A stretch of 64,000 nt of DNA from Eledone cirrhosa (GCA_964016885.1 OZ024748.1:31124001-31188000); one strand, 5' to 3'. Positions 15,001 through 28,054 are shown, counted from the stretch's first letter. Program-made: numbers and translations. The notes: generated by a model not told the origin, from the sequence alone.

Positions 15001-18000
15001 GTGGAGTGAATCAGTGGTGGTGTGGTGGACATTAGGTGGAGTGAATCAGTGCTAGTGTGGTGGATATTAGGTGGAGTGAATCAGTGCTAGTGTGGTGGAC
15101 ATTAGGTGGAGTGAATCTGTGGTGGTGGACATTAAGTGGAGTGAATCAGTGGTGGTGTGGTGGACATTAGGTGGAGTGAATCAGTGCTGGCGTGGTTGAC
15201 ATTAGGTGGAGTGAATCTGTAGTGGTGGACATTAGGTAGAGCGAATCAGTGGTGGTGTATTGGACATTAGGTGGTGTGAATCAGTGGTGGTGCAGTGGAC
15301 ATTGGGTGGTGTGAATCGGTAGTGGTGGACATTAGGTGGAGAGAATCAACGGTGGTAGATATTAGGTAGAGTGAATTAGGTATGTTGTGGTGGACATTAG
15401 GTGAAGTGAATCAGTGGTAGTGTGGTGGACACTAGGTAGAGTGAATACTTGGTGGTGGACATTTGATGGAGTGAATCAGTGGTGGTGAACATTAGGTGGA
15501 GTGAATCAGTGGTGGTGGATATTAGGTAGATTGAATCAGTGGTGGTGGACATAAGGTAGACTGAATCAGTGGTGCTGGACATTAAGTGGAATGAATCAGT
15601 TGTGGTGTGGTGGACATCAGGTGGAGTGAATCAGTGGTGGTGTGGTTGACATTAGGTGGAGTGAATCAGTGGTGGTGTGTGGGATATTAGGCAGAGTGAA
15701 TCATTGGTCGTTGACATTAGGTGGAGTGAATCAGTGGTGTTGGACATTAGGTGGAGTGAATCAGTGGTGTTGGACATTAAGTGGAGTGAATCAGTGGTGG
15801 TGTGGTGGACAGTAGGTAGAGTTAATCATTGGTGCTGGACGTTAGGTAGAGTGAATCAGTGGTGGTCGACATTAGGTGGAGTGAATCAGTGGTGGTGTGC
15901 TGGACATTAGGTGGAGTGAATCAGTGGTGGTGTGCTGGACATTAGGTGGAGTGAATCAGTGGTGATTGACGTTAGGTAGAGTGAATCAATTGTGGTGGAC
16001 GTCAGGTAGAGTGAATCAGTGCTGGTGGACATTAGGTGGAGTGAATCAGTGGTGGTGTGTTGGACATGAGGTGGAGTGAATCAGTGGTGGTGGACGTTAG
16101 GTAGAGTGAATCAGTGGTGGTGGACATTAGGTGGAGGGAATGAGTGGTGGTGTGTTGGACATTAGGTGGAGTGAATCAGTGGTGGTGGGCATTAGGTGGA
16201 GTGAATCAGTGGTGGTGTGGTGGACATTAGGTGGAGTGAATCAGTGCTAGTGTGGTGGATATTAGGTGGAGTGAATCAGTGCTAGTGTGGTGGACATTAG
16301 GTGGAGTGAATCTGTGGTGGTGGACATTAAGTGGAGTGAATCAGTGGTGGTGTGGTGGACATTAGGTGGAGTGAATCAGTGCTGGCGTGGTTGACATTAG
16401 GTGGAGTGAATCTGTAGTGGTGGACATTAGGTAGAGCGAATCAGTGGTGGTGTATTGGACATTAGGTGGTGTGAATCAGTGGTGGTGCAGTGGACATTGG
16501 GTGGTGTGAATCGGTAGTGGTGGACATTAGGTGGAGAGAATCAACGGTGGTAGATATTAGGTAGAGTGAATTAGGTATGTTGTGGTGGACATTAGGTGGA
16601 GTGAATCAGTGGTAGTGTGGTGGACACTAGGTAGAGTGAATACTTGGTGGTGGACATTTGATGGAGTGAATCAGTGGTGGTGAACATTAGGTGGAGTGAA
16701 TCAGTGGTGGTGGATATTAGGTAGATTGAATCAGTGGTGGTGGACATAAGGTAGACTGAATCAGTGGTGCTGGACATTAGGTAGATTGAATCAGTGGTGG
16801 TGTGTTGGACATTAGGTGGAGTGAATCAGTGGTGGTGGACATTAGGTGGAGTGAATCAGTGGTGGTCTGCTGGACATTAGGTAGATTTAATCAGTGGTGG
16901 TGGACATTAGTTGGAGTGAGTCAGTTGTGGTGGACATTAGGTAGAGTGAATCAGTTGTGGTGTGTTGGACATTAGGGGGAGTGAATCAGTGGTGGTGTGG
17001 TGGACATTAGGTAGAGTGAATCAGTTGTGGTGGACATTAGGTAGAGTGAATCTGTGGTGGTGGACATTAGGTAGAGTGAATCAGTGGTGCTGGACATTAG
17101 GTGGAGTGAATCAGTGGTGGTGGACATTAGGTAGAGTGAATCAGTGGTGGTGGATATTAGGTAGAGTGAATCAGTGGTGGTGGACATTAGCTGGAGTGAA
17201 TCAGTGGTGGTGGACATAAGGTAGACTGAATCAGTGGTGCTGGACATTAGGTAGATTGAATCAGTGGTGGTGTGTTGGACATTAGGTGGAGTGAATCAGT
17301 GGTGGTGTCATTAGGTGGAGTGAATCAGTGGTGCTGGACATTAGGTGGAGTGAATCAGTGGTGGTGGACATTAGGTAGAGTGAATCTGTGGTGGTGGACA
17401 TTAGGTGGAGTGAATCAGTGGTGGTGGACATTAGGTAGAGTGAATCAGTGGTGGTGGACATTAAGTGGAGTGAATCAGTGGTGGTGGACATTAGGTGGAG
17501 TGAATCAATGATGGCGAACATTCGGTGGAGGGAATCAGTGGTGATGTGGTGGACATTAGGTGAGGTGAATCAGTGGTGGTGGACATTAGGTGGAGTGAAT
17601 CAGTGGTGGTGGACATTCGGTGGAGTGAATCAGTGGTGGTGGACATTAGGTGGAGTGAATCAGTGGTGGTGGACATTCGGTGGAGGGAATCAGTGGTGAT
17701 GTGGTGGACATTAGGTGAGGTGAATCAGTGGTGGTGGACATTAGGTGGAGTGAATCAGTGGTGGTGTGGTGGACATAAGGTGGAGTGAATCAGTGGTTTT
17801 GTGGTGGACATTAGGTGAGGTGAATCAGTGGTGGTGGACTTTAAGTTGAGTGAATCAGTGGTGTTGGACATTAGGTGGAGTGAATCAGTGGTGGTGGACA
17901 TTAGGTAGAGTGAATCAGTGGTGGTGTGTTGGACATTAGGTGGAGTGAATCAGTGGTGTTGGACATTAGGTGGAGTGAATCAGTGGTGGAGTGGTGGACA

Positions 18001-21000
18001 TTAGGTGGAGTGAATCAGTGGTGGTGGACATTAGGTGGAGTGAATCAGTGGTGGTGTTGTGGACATTAGGTTGAGTGAATCGGTAGTGGTGTGGTGGACA
18101 TTAGGTGGAGTGAATCAGTGGTGGTGCGCTGGATATTAGGTACGGTGAATCAGTGGTTGGAGCCATTAGGTAGAGTGAATCAGTGCTGGTTGACATTAGG
18201 TGGCGTGAATCAGTGGTGGTAGATATTAGGTGGAGTGAATCAGTGCTGGTTGACATTAGGTGGCGTGAATCTGTGGTGGTGGATATTAGGTGGAGTGAAT
18301 CAGTGGTGGTGGATATTAGGTTGAGTGAATCATTGGTGGTGGACATTAGGTGGTGTGAATCAGTGGTGGTGTGGCGGACATTAGGTGGAGAGAATCCTTG
18401 GTGGTGGGTATTTGATGGAGTGTATCAGTGGTGGTGGACATTAGGTAGAGTGAATCAGTGGTGGTGGACATTAGGTGGAGTGTATCGGTGGTGGTATGGT
18501 GGACATTAGGTGGCGTAAATCGGTGGTGGTGGACATTAGATGGAGTGAACCAGTGGTGGTGTTTTCGACATTATGTGGAGTGAATCAGTAGCGGTGTGGT
18601 GGACATGAGGTGGAGTGAATCTATGGTGGTGTGGTGGGACATTAGGTAGGGTGAATCGGTGGTGGGGGACATTAGTTAGTGTTTATCAGTGGTGGTGTGG
18701 TGGACATTCGGTGGGGTGAATCAGTGGTGCTGGACATTAGGAGGAGTGAATCAGTGGTGGTGGACATTAAGTGGAGTGAATCAGTGGTGGTGTGGTGGAC
18801 AGTAGGTAGAGTTAATCATTGGTGCTGGACGTTAGGTAGAGTGAATCAGTGGTGGTCGACATTAGGTGGAGTGAATCAGTGGTGGTGTGCTGGACATAAG
18901 GTGGAATAAATCAGTGGTGGTGGACATTAGGAGGAGTGAATCAGTGGTGGTGTACATTAGGAGGAGTGAATCAGTGGTGGTGGACATTAGGTAGAGTGAA
19001 TCAGTGGTGGTGTGTTGGACATTAGGTGGACTGAATCAGTGGTGGTGTACATTAGGAGGAGTGAATCAGTGGTGGTGGACATTAAGTGGAATGAATCAGT
19101 TGTGGTGTGGTGGACATCAGGTGGAGTGAATCAGTGGTGGTGTGGTTGACATTAGGTGGAGTGAATCAGTGGTGGTGTGTGGGATATTAGGCAGAGTGAA
19201 TCATTGGTCGTTGACATTAGGTGGAGTGAATCAGTGGTGTTGGACATTAGGTGGAGTGAATCAGTGGTGTTGGACATTAAGTGGAGTGAATCAGTGGTGG
19301 TGTGGTGGACAGTAGGTAGAGTTAATCATTGGTGCTGGACGTTAGGTAGAGTGAATCAGTGGTGGTCGACATTAGGTGGAGTGAATCAGTGGTGGTGTGC
19401 TGGACATTAGGTGGAGTGAATCAGTGGTGGTGTGCTGGACATTAGGTGGAGTGAATCAGTGGTGATTGACGTTAGGTAGAGTGAATCAATTGTGGTGGAC
19501 GTCAGGTAGAGTGAATCAGTGCTGGTGGACATTAGGTGGAGTGAATCAGTGGTGGTGTGTTGGACATGAGGTGGAGTGAATCAGTGGTGGTGGACGTTAG
19601 GTAGAGTGAATCAGTGGTGGTGGACATTAGGTGGAGGGAATGAGTGGTGGTGTGTTGGACATTAGGTGGAGTGAATCAGTGGTGGTGGGCATTAGGTGGA
19701 GTGAATCAGTGGTGGTGTGGTGGACATTAGGTGGAGTGAATCAGTGCTAGTGTGGTGGATATTAGGTGGAGTGAATCAGTGCTAGTGTGGTGGACATTAG
19801 GTGGAGTGAATCTGTGGTGGTGGACATTAAGTGGAGTGAATCAGTGGTGGTGTGGTGGACATTAGGTGGAGTGAATCAGTGCTGGCGTGGTTGACATTAG
19901 GTGGAGTGAATCTGTAGTGGTGGACATTAGGTAGAGCGAATCAGTGGTGGTGTATTGGACATTAGGTGGTGTGAATCAGTGGTGGTGCAGTGGACATTGG
20001 TTGGTGTGAATCGGTAGTGGTGGACATTAGGTGGAGAGAATCAACTGTGGTAGATATTAGGTAGAGTTAATTAGGTATGTTGTGGTGGACATTAGGTGGA
20101 GTGAATCAGTGGTAGTGTGGTGGACACTAGGTAGAGTGAATACTTGGTGGTGGACATTCGATGGAGTGAATCAGTGGTGGTGAACATTAGGTGGAGTGAA
20201 TCAGTGGTGGTGGATATTAGGTAGATTGAATCAGTGGTGGTGGACATAAGGTAGACTGAATCAGTGGTGCTGGACATTAGGTAGATTGAATCAGTGGTGG
20301 TGTGTTGGACATTAGGTGGAGTGAATCAGTGGTGGTGGACATTAGGTGGAGTGAATCAGTGGTGGTCTGCTGGACATTAGGTAGATTTAATCAGTGGTGG
20401 TGGACATTAGTTGGAGTGAGTCAGTTGTGGTGGACATTAGGTAGAGTGAATCAGTTGTGGTGTGTTGGACATTAGGGGGAGTGAATCAGTGGTGGTGTGG
20501 TGGACATTAGGTAGAGTGAATCAGTTGTGGTGGACATTAGGTAGAGTGAATCTGTGGTGGTGGACATTAGGTAGAGTGAATCAGTGGTGCTGGACATTAG
20601 GTGGAGTGAATCAGTGGTGGTGGACATTAGGTAGAGTGAATCAGTGGTGGTGGATATTAGGTAGAGTGAATCAGTGGTGGTGGACATTAGCTGGAGTGAA
20701 TCAGTGGTGGTGGACATAAGGTAGACTGAATCAGTGGTGCTGGACATTAGGTAGATTGAATCAGTGGTGGTGTGTTGGACATTAGGTGGAGTGAATCAGT
20801 GGTGGTGTCATTAGGTGGAGTGAATCAGTGGTGCTGGACATTAGGTGGAGTGAATCAGTGGTGGTGGACATTAGGTAGAGTGAATCTGTGGTGGTGGACA
20901 TTAGGTGGAGTGAATCAGTGGTGGTGGACATTAGGTAGAGTGAATCAGTGGTGGTGGACATTAAGTGGAGTGAATCAGTGGTGGTGGACATTAGGTGGAG

Positions 21001-21673
21001 TGAATCAATGATGGCGAACATTCGGTGGAGGGAATCAGTGGTGATGTGGTGGACATTAGGTGAGGTGAATCAGTGGTGGTGGACATTAGGTGGAGTGAAT
21101 CAGTGGTGGTGGACATTCGGTGGAGTGAATCAGTGGTGGTGGACATTAGGTGGAGTGAATCAGTGGTGGTGGACATTCGGTGGAGGGAATCAGTGGTGAT
21201 GTGGTGGACATTAGGTGAGGTGAATCAGTGGTGGTGGACATTAGGTGGAGTGAATCAGTGGTGGTGTGGTGGACATAAGGTGGAGTGAATCAGTGGTTTT
21301 GTGGTGGACATTAGGTGAGGTGAATCAGTGGTGGTGGACTTTAAGTTGAGTGAATCAGTGGTGGTGGACATTATGTGGCGTGAATCAGTGGTGGTGTGGT
21401 GGACATAAGGTGGAGTGAATCAGTGGTGCTAGACATTAGGTGGAGTGAATCAGTGGTGGTGGACATTAGGTCGAGTGAATCAGTGGTGGTATGGTGGACA
21501 TTAGGTAGAGTGAAGAAGTGGTAGGGGACATTAGGTGGAGTGAATCGGTGGTGGTGGACTTTAGGTGGAGTGAATCCGTGGTGAGGGACATTAGGTGGAG
21601 TGAATCGTTGGTCGTGGACATGAGTTTGAGTGAATCAGTGGTGGTGTGGTGGACATTAGGTGGAGTGAATCAG
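1..21673. repeat. Satellite array: 30-bp monomer GGACATTAGGTGGAGTGAATCAGTGGTGGT interspersed with a 35-bp variant (+GTGGT); kb-scale higher-order repeats
   Basis: Monomer visible continuously from base 1 to ~21673. Identical variant blocks recur at 12142/16962/20462 and 13281/18101. The array runs off the left edge. Confidence 0.98.
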
Positions 21674-21809
21674 AAGATTTGTGGAAGAATGTAACAGCAG
21701 ATCTTTTATTGTATTTGAAAGTCTCGTCTATCACATTATAATAAATTTAAATTTTAAATAAACAACTCATTGTGCATTAGTTCTTGCTGGCTGATCGAAA
21801 TCCCTCCAT

Positions 21810-21832
21810 GGGCCGTAGGTTGCAGACCCTTG
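21810..21832 (-). mobile_element. Possible hAT-type terminal inverted repeat remnant
   Basis: GGGCCGTAGGTTGCAGACCCTTG followed by ACTTAGAG resembles hAT/Charlie-like ends and their target preference. Only one end is seen. Confidence 0.3.
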
Positions 21833-21899
21833 ACTTAGAGAGAACTACAGAGGTATCAAGCTGATTTAGCAGGTCATGAAAGTTATAGAAAGAGCCATT

Positions 21900-22368
21900 G
21901 CACAAGTTTCCTATCATTCGAAGGCTGAGATCTTTGATACTTACACCCTACCAATTGTGTTATATTGTCCTGATTGTGTTAACTGGATGACAAGGTCACT
22001 TGAGAAGCTCTCTACATTCTAGAACCACATCATGAGACTTATGTCTGGCAAGTAGCTCAGCATCTGTATCTGTATCAGTGAGCTGCTCAACATTACCAGA
22101 CTTAGACCAATTACATCAATTGTCAAGTCAAGAGTACTCAAACTATACGGTCATATAAAAAGATCAACTCGTGGTGTGAGTAGGTTATGGCTGGAAGGAA
22201 GGTTGGCTGGTAAGAGAAGTAGACACCGGCAGCCAGAACGATGGCTTGATAATGTCAACTTATGGATTGGACTTGATCTTTGCTCTTTAAACTCTGCTGA
22301 TGGTTATCAAACTTTGTGGAGAAAGATATCTCATGTTGATGCGCAGTCTGCAACTGGTGTAGTTTAGC
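21900..22368 (+). mobile_element. Degraded 3' fragment of an RTE-like LINE
   Basis: Translates to ..LKLYGHIKR..LWLEGRLAGKRSRHRQPERWLDNV.., typical of the LINE ORF C-terminus; contains stops. Confidence 0.6.
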
Positions 22369-22371
22369 ATC

Positions 22372-23345
22372 ATGAGAATTACACAACTAATTAGTGATTG
22401 TATACACCTAAATGGGATGCAGTTTGGATTTGTGCCAGGAAGAAGCACACTTGAGGCCCTCTTATTTGTGAAGCAAATGCAGGAGAAGTACCTGGGTAAA
22501 AGTAAGCCACTCTACAAAGCATTCATGAGCCTAGAGAAAGTGTTTGATAGAGTCCCTCGACCCCTAATCTGGTGGGACTTCAGAAAAGAAGGGGTAGATG
22601 AGTGGCTCGTGAGCTCAGTATAAGTCATGTAATGGGTGATAGGACACCAGCAAAGTTAAATCAACAATGAGTACTGTGAGGAATTTAGTGTACAGGTGGA
22701 GGTCCATTAGGGTTCCATCTTTATCCCCTCCTCTTTAATATTGTCCTACAGGCTATAACAGTGGACCCTATAGAAATAGTTGAGAACTTCTGCTATCTGG
22801 GTAACCAAATCAGCTGCGGAGGTGGTTATGCAGAAAGTACAGTTGCCAGAGTGAGAACAGGATGAAAAAAGTTCAGCGAGTTACTGCCATTGCTACCTAC
22901 AAAAGATCTCTCACTCAAGATAAAAGGCAAGCTGTACAATGCCTGTGTGTACACAGCAATGCTACATGGAAGTGAAACATGGGCTCTGTGTGCCAAGGAT
23001 CTACAGAGATTGGAAAGAAACAAAGCCTGCATGTTACAATGGATGTATAACAGTAGTTTGTGGGAACAGCAAAACGTAAAATAATTGAGAACGAAACTGG
23101 GCATAAGAGGGATCAAATGCTGTGTGTAGGAGAGAAGACTCAGATGTATGGACATGTGATGTGTATGAAGGATGGCAGCTGTATAAAAGGGTGCAAGGCA
23201 CTAAGAAGTTGTAGGACACCCCAATAGAGGAAGACCCAGGGAGATATGGGATGATAAAGGTTGACCTGGCTTATCTGAACCTCCCAATGAATATGACACA
23301 GGACTGAGACCTCTGGCACTATAATGTACAACAAAAGACCCATGT
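22372..23345 (+). mobile_element. RTE-clade LINE reverse transcriptase relic with internal deletion
   Basis: QFGFVPGRST..KVFDRVPR, FCYLG and KGKLYNACVYTAMLHGSETWAL motifs; stops and frameshifts. Confidence 0.85.
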
Positions 23346-23494
23346 CAACAACTCAGCCCAAGACCCTGCTCATAACAGTGCCAGCCAGCTCACCACTGTA
23401 AATGTGGACCACCCAGTAACTGGCCCAACCTCCCGCATAGTGGGACAACCCAGCTCTCAAATTATGGTTCCAATGTGGGCACGATATGGTGCAG

Positions 23495-23790
23495 CCGACT
23501 GACCAGAACCTCCTCATAATGGCTTCACCCAGGGCTCTACTATGAACAAGGCTTGGTGTGGCCAACTGACCAGAACCTCGTAATAAAGGTGTCACCCAGG
23601 GCTCTACTATGAACAAGGCTTGGTGCTGCCAACTGGCCAGAACCTTGTAATAAAGGTGTCACCCAGGGCTCTACTATGAACAAGGATTGGTATGGCTCAA
23701 CTGACCAGAACCCCCTCATAAAAGTGTCACCCAGGGCTCTACTATGAGCAAGGCTTGGTATGGCCAACTAGCCAGGCCTACTTCATAATG
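23495..23790 (+). repeat. ~67-bp tandem repeat, about 4 copies
   Basis: CAGGGCTCTACTATGA(A/G)CAAGG recurs at ~23530, 23597, 23664 and 23732. An inverted copy lies at ~31680-31915. Confidence 0.9.
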
Positions 23791-23939
23791 GCCTTCTGAT
23801 TACATTCCATCTGTTAAAATCCCTACCCACTCTAGCATTAAAGTCACCAAGCACGGTGACCTTGTCTGCCTGAGGGATATTTCTTAAAACCTTTCATGGT
23901 AGAAAGACGCTTTTTCTTCAACAACAGAATTTATAGTTG

Positions 23940-24300
23940 GAGCATACACATTCCCCAGGGTCGCATGTCTTCCTATGTCCAGCGGAATCCTCATGGACAT
24001 AAGACGCTCACTAATCTCCAGTGGGAATTCTTTCAGTTTATCCACAAGAACCGTCTTACAGCAAATGCTACCCCAGCCTCTCGTCTCGTTCCTTCATCTC
24101 TTCCTTTCCAGAAGAATGTATATTTTCCACAAATTCTGTAAGAGGACCATCTCCAGCTAACCTTGTCTCGGATAAAGCCACGATGTGAAGATTGTAACAA
24201 CGAAGCTCCTTTGCAACAAGAGCAGTTCAGGACGTTCGGATGAATCCCTGTCAAGCATTGTCGGTATGTTCCAACAGCCAATATAAAATGCTTTGTTTGT
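23940..24300 (-). mobile_element. RTE LINE apurinic endonuclease (N-terminal) fragment
   Basis: FYIGCWNIPTMLDR..RPE and YTFFWKGRDEGTRREAGVAFAV motifs across frames. Confidence 0.8.
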
Positions 24301-24409
24301 TTCATATATATAGCACATATGTATGCATATGTAGATATGCACTCACATATATATAAATGTCTATACACACATATATGTATATATATGTGTATATATATAT
24401 ATATATAGT

Positions 24410-24520
24410 GAAGTCATACATCTTATTATGTGTTCAATTCTCAGCTAGGGAGGTACATTGTGTCCTTAAGCAAGACACATCATTCCACATGTCTCTAATC
24501 TCCACAGCTGAAAAAGACAA
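24410..24520 (+). mobile_element. Degraded tRNA-derived SINE (CORE-like GTGTCCTT.AGCAAGACA domain)
   Basis: B-box-like GTTCAATTC followed by TGTGTCCTTAAGCAAGACAC. Inverted copy at ~34680-34800. Confidence 0.55.
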
Positions 24521-24734
24521 GTAGCAGAATTAGTTGGATGTTTAGCATGGGTTGGATATCTGCCTCCAACCTTTTAACTGCGGCCACAAACTCAGGCTTC
24601 ACTGCCTGTAATAGAGAGAAGAGGAAGATAGGGAGGGTCTGAGTCACAGCTCAGACAGGAGTATAGTGTCTGTCCCTCTCCCATTAGGTGGATTACCAGT
24701 ATGAGTATGCTTTGCAGCATGGAGTCACGCCCCT

Positions 24735-24856
24735 TTACGATCTGAGTTCAAATCCTGCCCAGGTTAACTTTGCCTTTCATCCTTATGGGGTCGATAAAAT
24801 AAAGTACCAGTAATGCACTGAGATAATTGCTGGCCTTGTGCCAAAAATAGAAACAG
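24735..24856 (+). mobile_element. tRNA-derived SINE family with GCCTTTCATCC.T.CGGGGTCGATAAAATAAAGTACCAG domain
   Basis: B box GAGTTCAAATCC plus the conserved domain. Further copies at 28055-28230(-), 28395-28612(+), 30230-30327(+), 37480-37570(-), 37620-37840(-), 40203-40300(-) and 41170-41520(-). Confidence 0.8.
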
Positions 24857-26128
24857 GTATTTTAGTCGCTTCATTCATTTTCATTATTTACATTTCTAGT
24901 TTACTACCTTTAATAATGTGTTTTGTTTTAATGTGAACAGTTATATAAAATTAATAATATTATTTATACAAATCTGAATAAAGAACTAACATATGAAGTA
25001 ATATAACTGAAGTTGTTTCTGAATGTATTAAATTATGTAGGGGACTTTTAAGTCATGACACCGGTGTCAACTAGACTGAAATATTACCATTTATATCAGC
25101 TCCATTGTTACAACTTAAACCTCATCTAATTTTATCTTTTATGGTGATTATTTCATATTAAGGTGGACGTTAATGTTTGTAAATAACATAAGGTGACTTA
25201 TTTACCTTATAGTTGTTGTTTTATCACCTGTATTATTAAATATTTCATTTCATCACAAACAAGCCCCAACATCGTGAAGTGGTTGTTCAACATTTTACAG
25301 GAGAGGAAAATATTATTTTAATCAGAAATCGGTGAACATTTAGTTTTTACTTTTCTTAACTTTATATTTGGTCTTGAAACTAAAGTACGTATTATTTTGT
25401 TTTCCACCACAACACAAACATTGTGAACTTTTCTATCTGAAGTGAAATATCTTGATTTATTACAACTCGTACACACATATTACTACACACACGTCTATTT
25501 CTCTCTCTGATACGTACACACTGTAATGTCTGTATATATTAATGTTTATATATTAACCTTCATCTTTTGAAATTATGGATATTAATTCTCTTGTCACCTG
25601 AACTGTCCTCAATAACAAAAATCTTAAATTACGAAGACTTCGTTTGTTTTATGAGCTGAGGATGTTATTGTGAATAGAGCTTCTCTCACCTTAACAAAAA
25701 TAAAATATATATATATACACACCCACATATATATATCTATATATATATATATTATATATAGAGTTATAAACTCAAATAGTCTTTTACAATTAAATAGCCC
25801 AAAGAAAGGAATATTTCTGAGCCGTGTAATACAAATGAATATAGGTTTGTTTTTATTGATTTATTATTTTAAATCGAGACAGGCAAACCGTATTATTTTA
25901 ATTAGTATTTTTCAATCTAGCTAACTTGGTCATTTGCAATGCGAATACATGAATACTTGTATCAGTGTGTATCCCTATCATATATTCATTTGTATATATG
26001 TATATATAAGCACTTGCTTTTTCTTCTTCCAAGATCAGTCTTACGCTTTCATACATCTTATTACTTTACCAACTGAATGCTACATTTCTTAATATATGAG
26101 TGGAAGTGGTGAGCTTCCTTTATGAAAT

Positions 26129-27142
26129 ATGTCTGAATATAGCTGTGAGATTTGCAGGAAAACTTTCTCTTCAAAACTGAAACTATCCTCACACGAGAAA
26201 ATACACAGTAGAGAAAAACCCTTCCACTGTGAAATATGTGGTAAATCTTTTATTGATAATTCTAATCTTGTCGTCCACATACGGAGTCACACTGGAGAAA
26301 AACCTTTCCACTGTGAAATATGTGGGAAATCTTTTTCTCAGAGTTCTCATCTTGAACTTCACAAAAGAATACACACTGGTGAAAAACCCTTCCATTGTGA
26401 AATATGTGGGAAATCTTTCACCCAGAAGTACAATCTTGTAAAGCACAAAAGAAAGCACACAGGAGAAAAACCTTATTCATGTGAAATATGTGGGAAATCT
26501 TTTTCTCAGAGTTCTGAACTTGAACCTCACAAAAGAACACACACTGGTGAAAAACCCTTCCATTGTGAAATATGTGGGAAATCTTTTTCTTGTAATTTTA
26601 TTCTTGAACATCACAAAAGAATACACACTGGTGAAAAACCTTATTCATGTGAAATATGTGGGAAATCTTTTTCTCATAGTTCTAATGTTGTACAACACAA
26701 AAGAATACACACTGGTGAAAAACCCTTCCATTGTGAAATATGTGGTAAATCTTTTTCTTGTAATTTTATTCTTGAACATCACAAAAGAATACACACTGGT
26801 GAAAAACCCTTCCATTGTGAAATATGTGGGAAATCTTTTTCTCAGAGTTCTCAACTTGAACGTCACAAAAGAACACACACAGGAGAAAAACCCTTCCATT
26901 GTGAAATATGTGGGAAATCTTTTTCTAATAGTTCTCATCTTGTACGTCATAAAAGAACACACACTGGTGAAAAACCTTATTCATGTGAAATATGTGGGAA
27001 ATCTTTTTCTAATAGTTCTAATCTTGAACGTCACAAAAGAATACATACTGGTGAAAAACCTTATTCATGTGAAATATGTGGGAAATCTTTCACTCAGAAT
27101 TCGTCACTGGTTGTTCACCTACGTAGTCAACACTTGCGGTAA
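26129..27142 (+). CDS. Poly-C2H2 zinc-finger protein, 337 aa, 12 tandem fingers, no effector domain in this exon
   Basis: Uninterrupted ORF of 12 CxxC-12x-HxxxH units with TGEKP linkers. Candidate splice acceptor TTTTTCTTCTTCCAAG ends at 26033. A vestigial finger follows the stop. Confidence 0.92.
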   Translation: MSEYSCEICRKTFSSKLKLSSHEKIHSREKPFHCEICGKSFIDNSNLVVHIRSHTGEKPFHCEICGKSFSQSSHLELHKRIHTGEKPFHCEICGKSFTQKYNLVKHKRKHTGEKPYSCEICGKSFSQSSELEPHKRTHTGEKPFHCEICGKSFSCNFILEHHKRIHTGEKPYSCEICGKSFSHSSNVVQHKRIHTGEKPFHCEICGKSFSCNFILEHHKRIHTGEKPFHCEICGKSFSQSSQLERHKRTHTGEKPFHCEICGKSFSNSSHLVRHKRTHTGEKPYSCEICGKSFSNSSNLERHKRIHTGEKPYSCEICGKSFTQNSSLVVHLRSQHLR

Positions 27143-27299
27143 ACCCCATCACTGTGAAATATGAAAAACACAAATATATAGACACACTTTGGAAATGTGA
27201 AGCTTGAGAAATCTTATACATCTCAAACATACATGTTGTGTGTGTGTGTATATATATATATTTTATTTTTATTTTTTAATACATTACTCAAAGGGAAGA

Positions 27300-27570
27300 A
27301 ATATACTGACATATATCAAAGATTACCACAATAACTAGAGAGCGGAGGATAAGATATGCTGGACATTACTACTGAGGATAGGATGAACTGGCTATTATAG
27401 TGGATACCTAAACATTGTTAGACCCCAGTGGGATGACTGAGATTGACCTACATAGATCAGATGCCTCAGGATGTCCAGCTGGAGATTAATGATCTCAGGA
27501 ATGCCATGGAAGATCGTGATATCTAAAAAAGAAGAGTAGAATTGTTCTGGCCAATCCACCTGACCTGATA
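27300..27570 (+). mobile_element. Degraded RTE-like LINE 3' tail
   Basis: GH..R..E..WIP..LTYIDQM..D..LRNAMEDR-like translation. Inverted copy at ~38005-38290. Confidence 0.6.
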
Positions 27571-28054
27571 AATTTAAACTATAATAAAGTAAGAAGCGCG
27601 GGACTGCGTACGGTTTATAATTTTTATCCCATTAGTAAAATAAGTTGCATTACTTTTTATAAATAATGAATGAATATTACATAATTTATCTACTAAATTT
27701 CGTGGCTGTTGATTAAATATATTTTGTTTATTTAAAGATTCACTTCTTTAAAATTTCTGAAATGTCAACATTTCTGGTTAGTCATCGCCTAAATAAACAT
27801 TCGTATATTTCCGTACTAATTTTCTCTTAATGCAGTTTATATATAATATCACCTCTTTTAATGTATCATGGATTACGTTACTGATTAAATAAGAGAGTGT
27901 AACACAGTCTTCATTCAATTTCTATGTATTATATATTGTCAATTACGATTTTATTTGATGTATCATATCTACATGTATATATACCTGCGTATAATATCAA
28001 TATGCACACTACACATGCTAGCAGAAAATAATAATAATATTAATAATTGTTTCT

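Noticed and set aside
1-21300. Dozens of ORFs (MSTTTDSLHL.., VVDIRWSES.., WWTLGGVNQ..)
   Set aside because: Translations of the 30-bp monomer, broken whenever a 35-bp variant shifts frame; no coding signal.
1-21673. CRISPR-like periodicity
   Set aside because: No unique spacers and no cas genes; eukaryotic tandem satellite.
26189-27164. Alternative-frame and antisense ORFs over the ZNF gene
   Set aside because: By-products of the 84-bp finger repeat.
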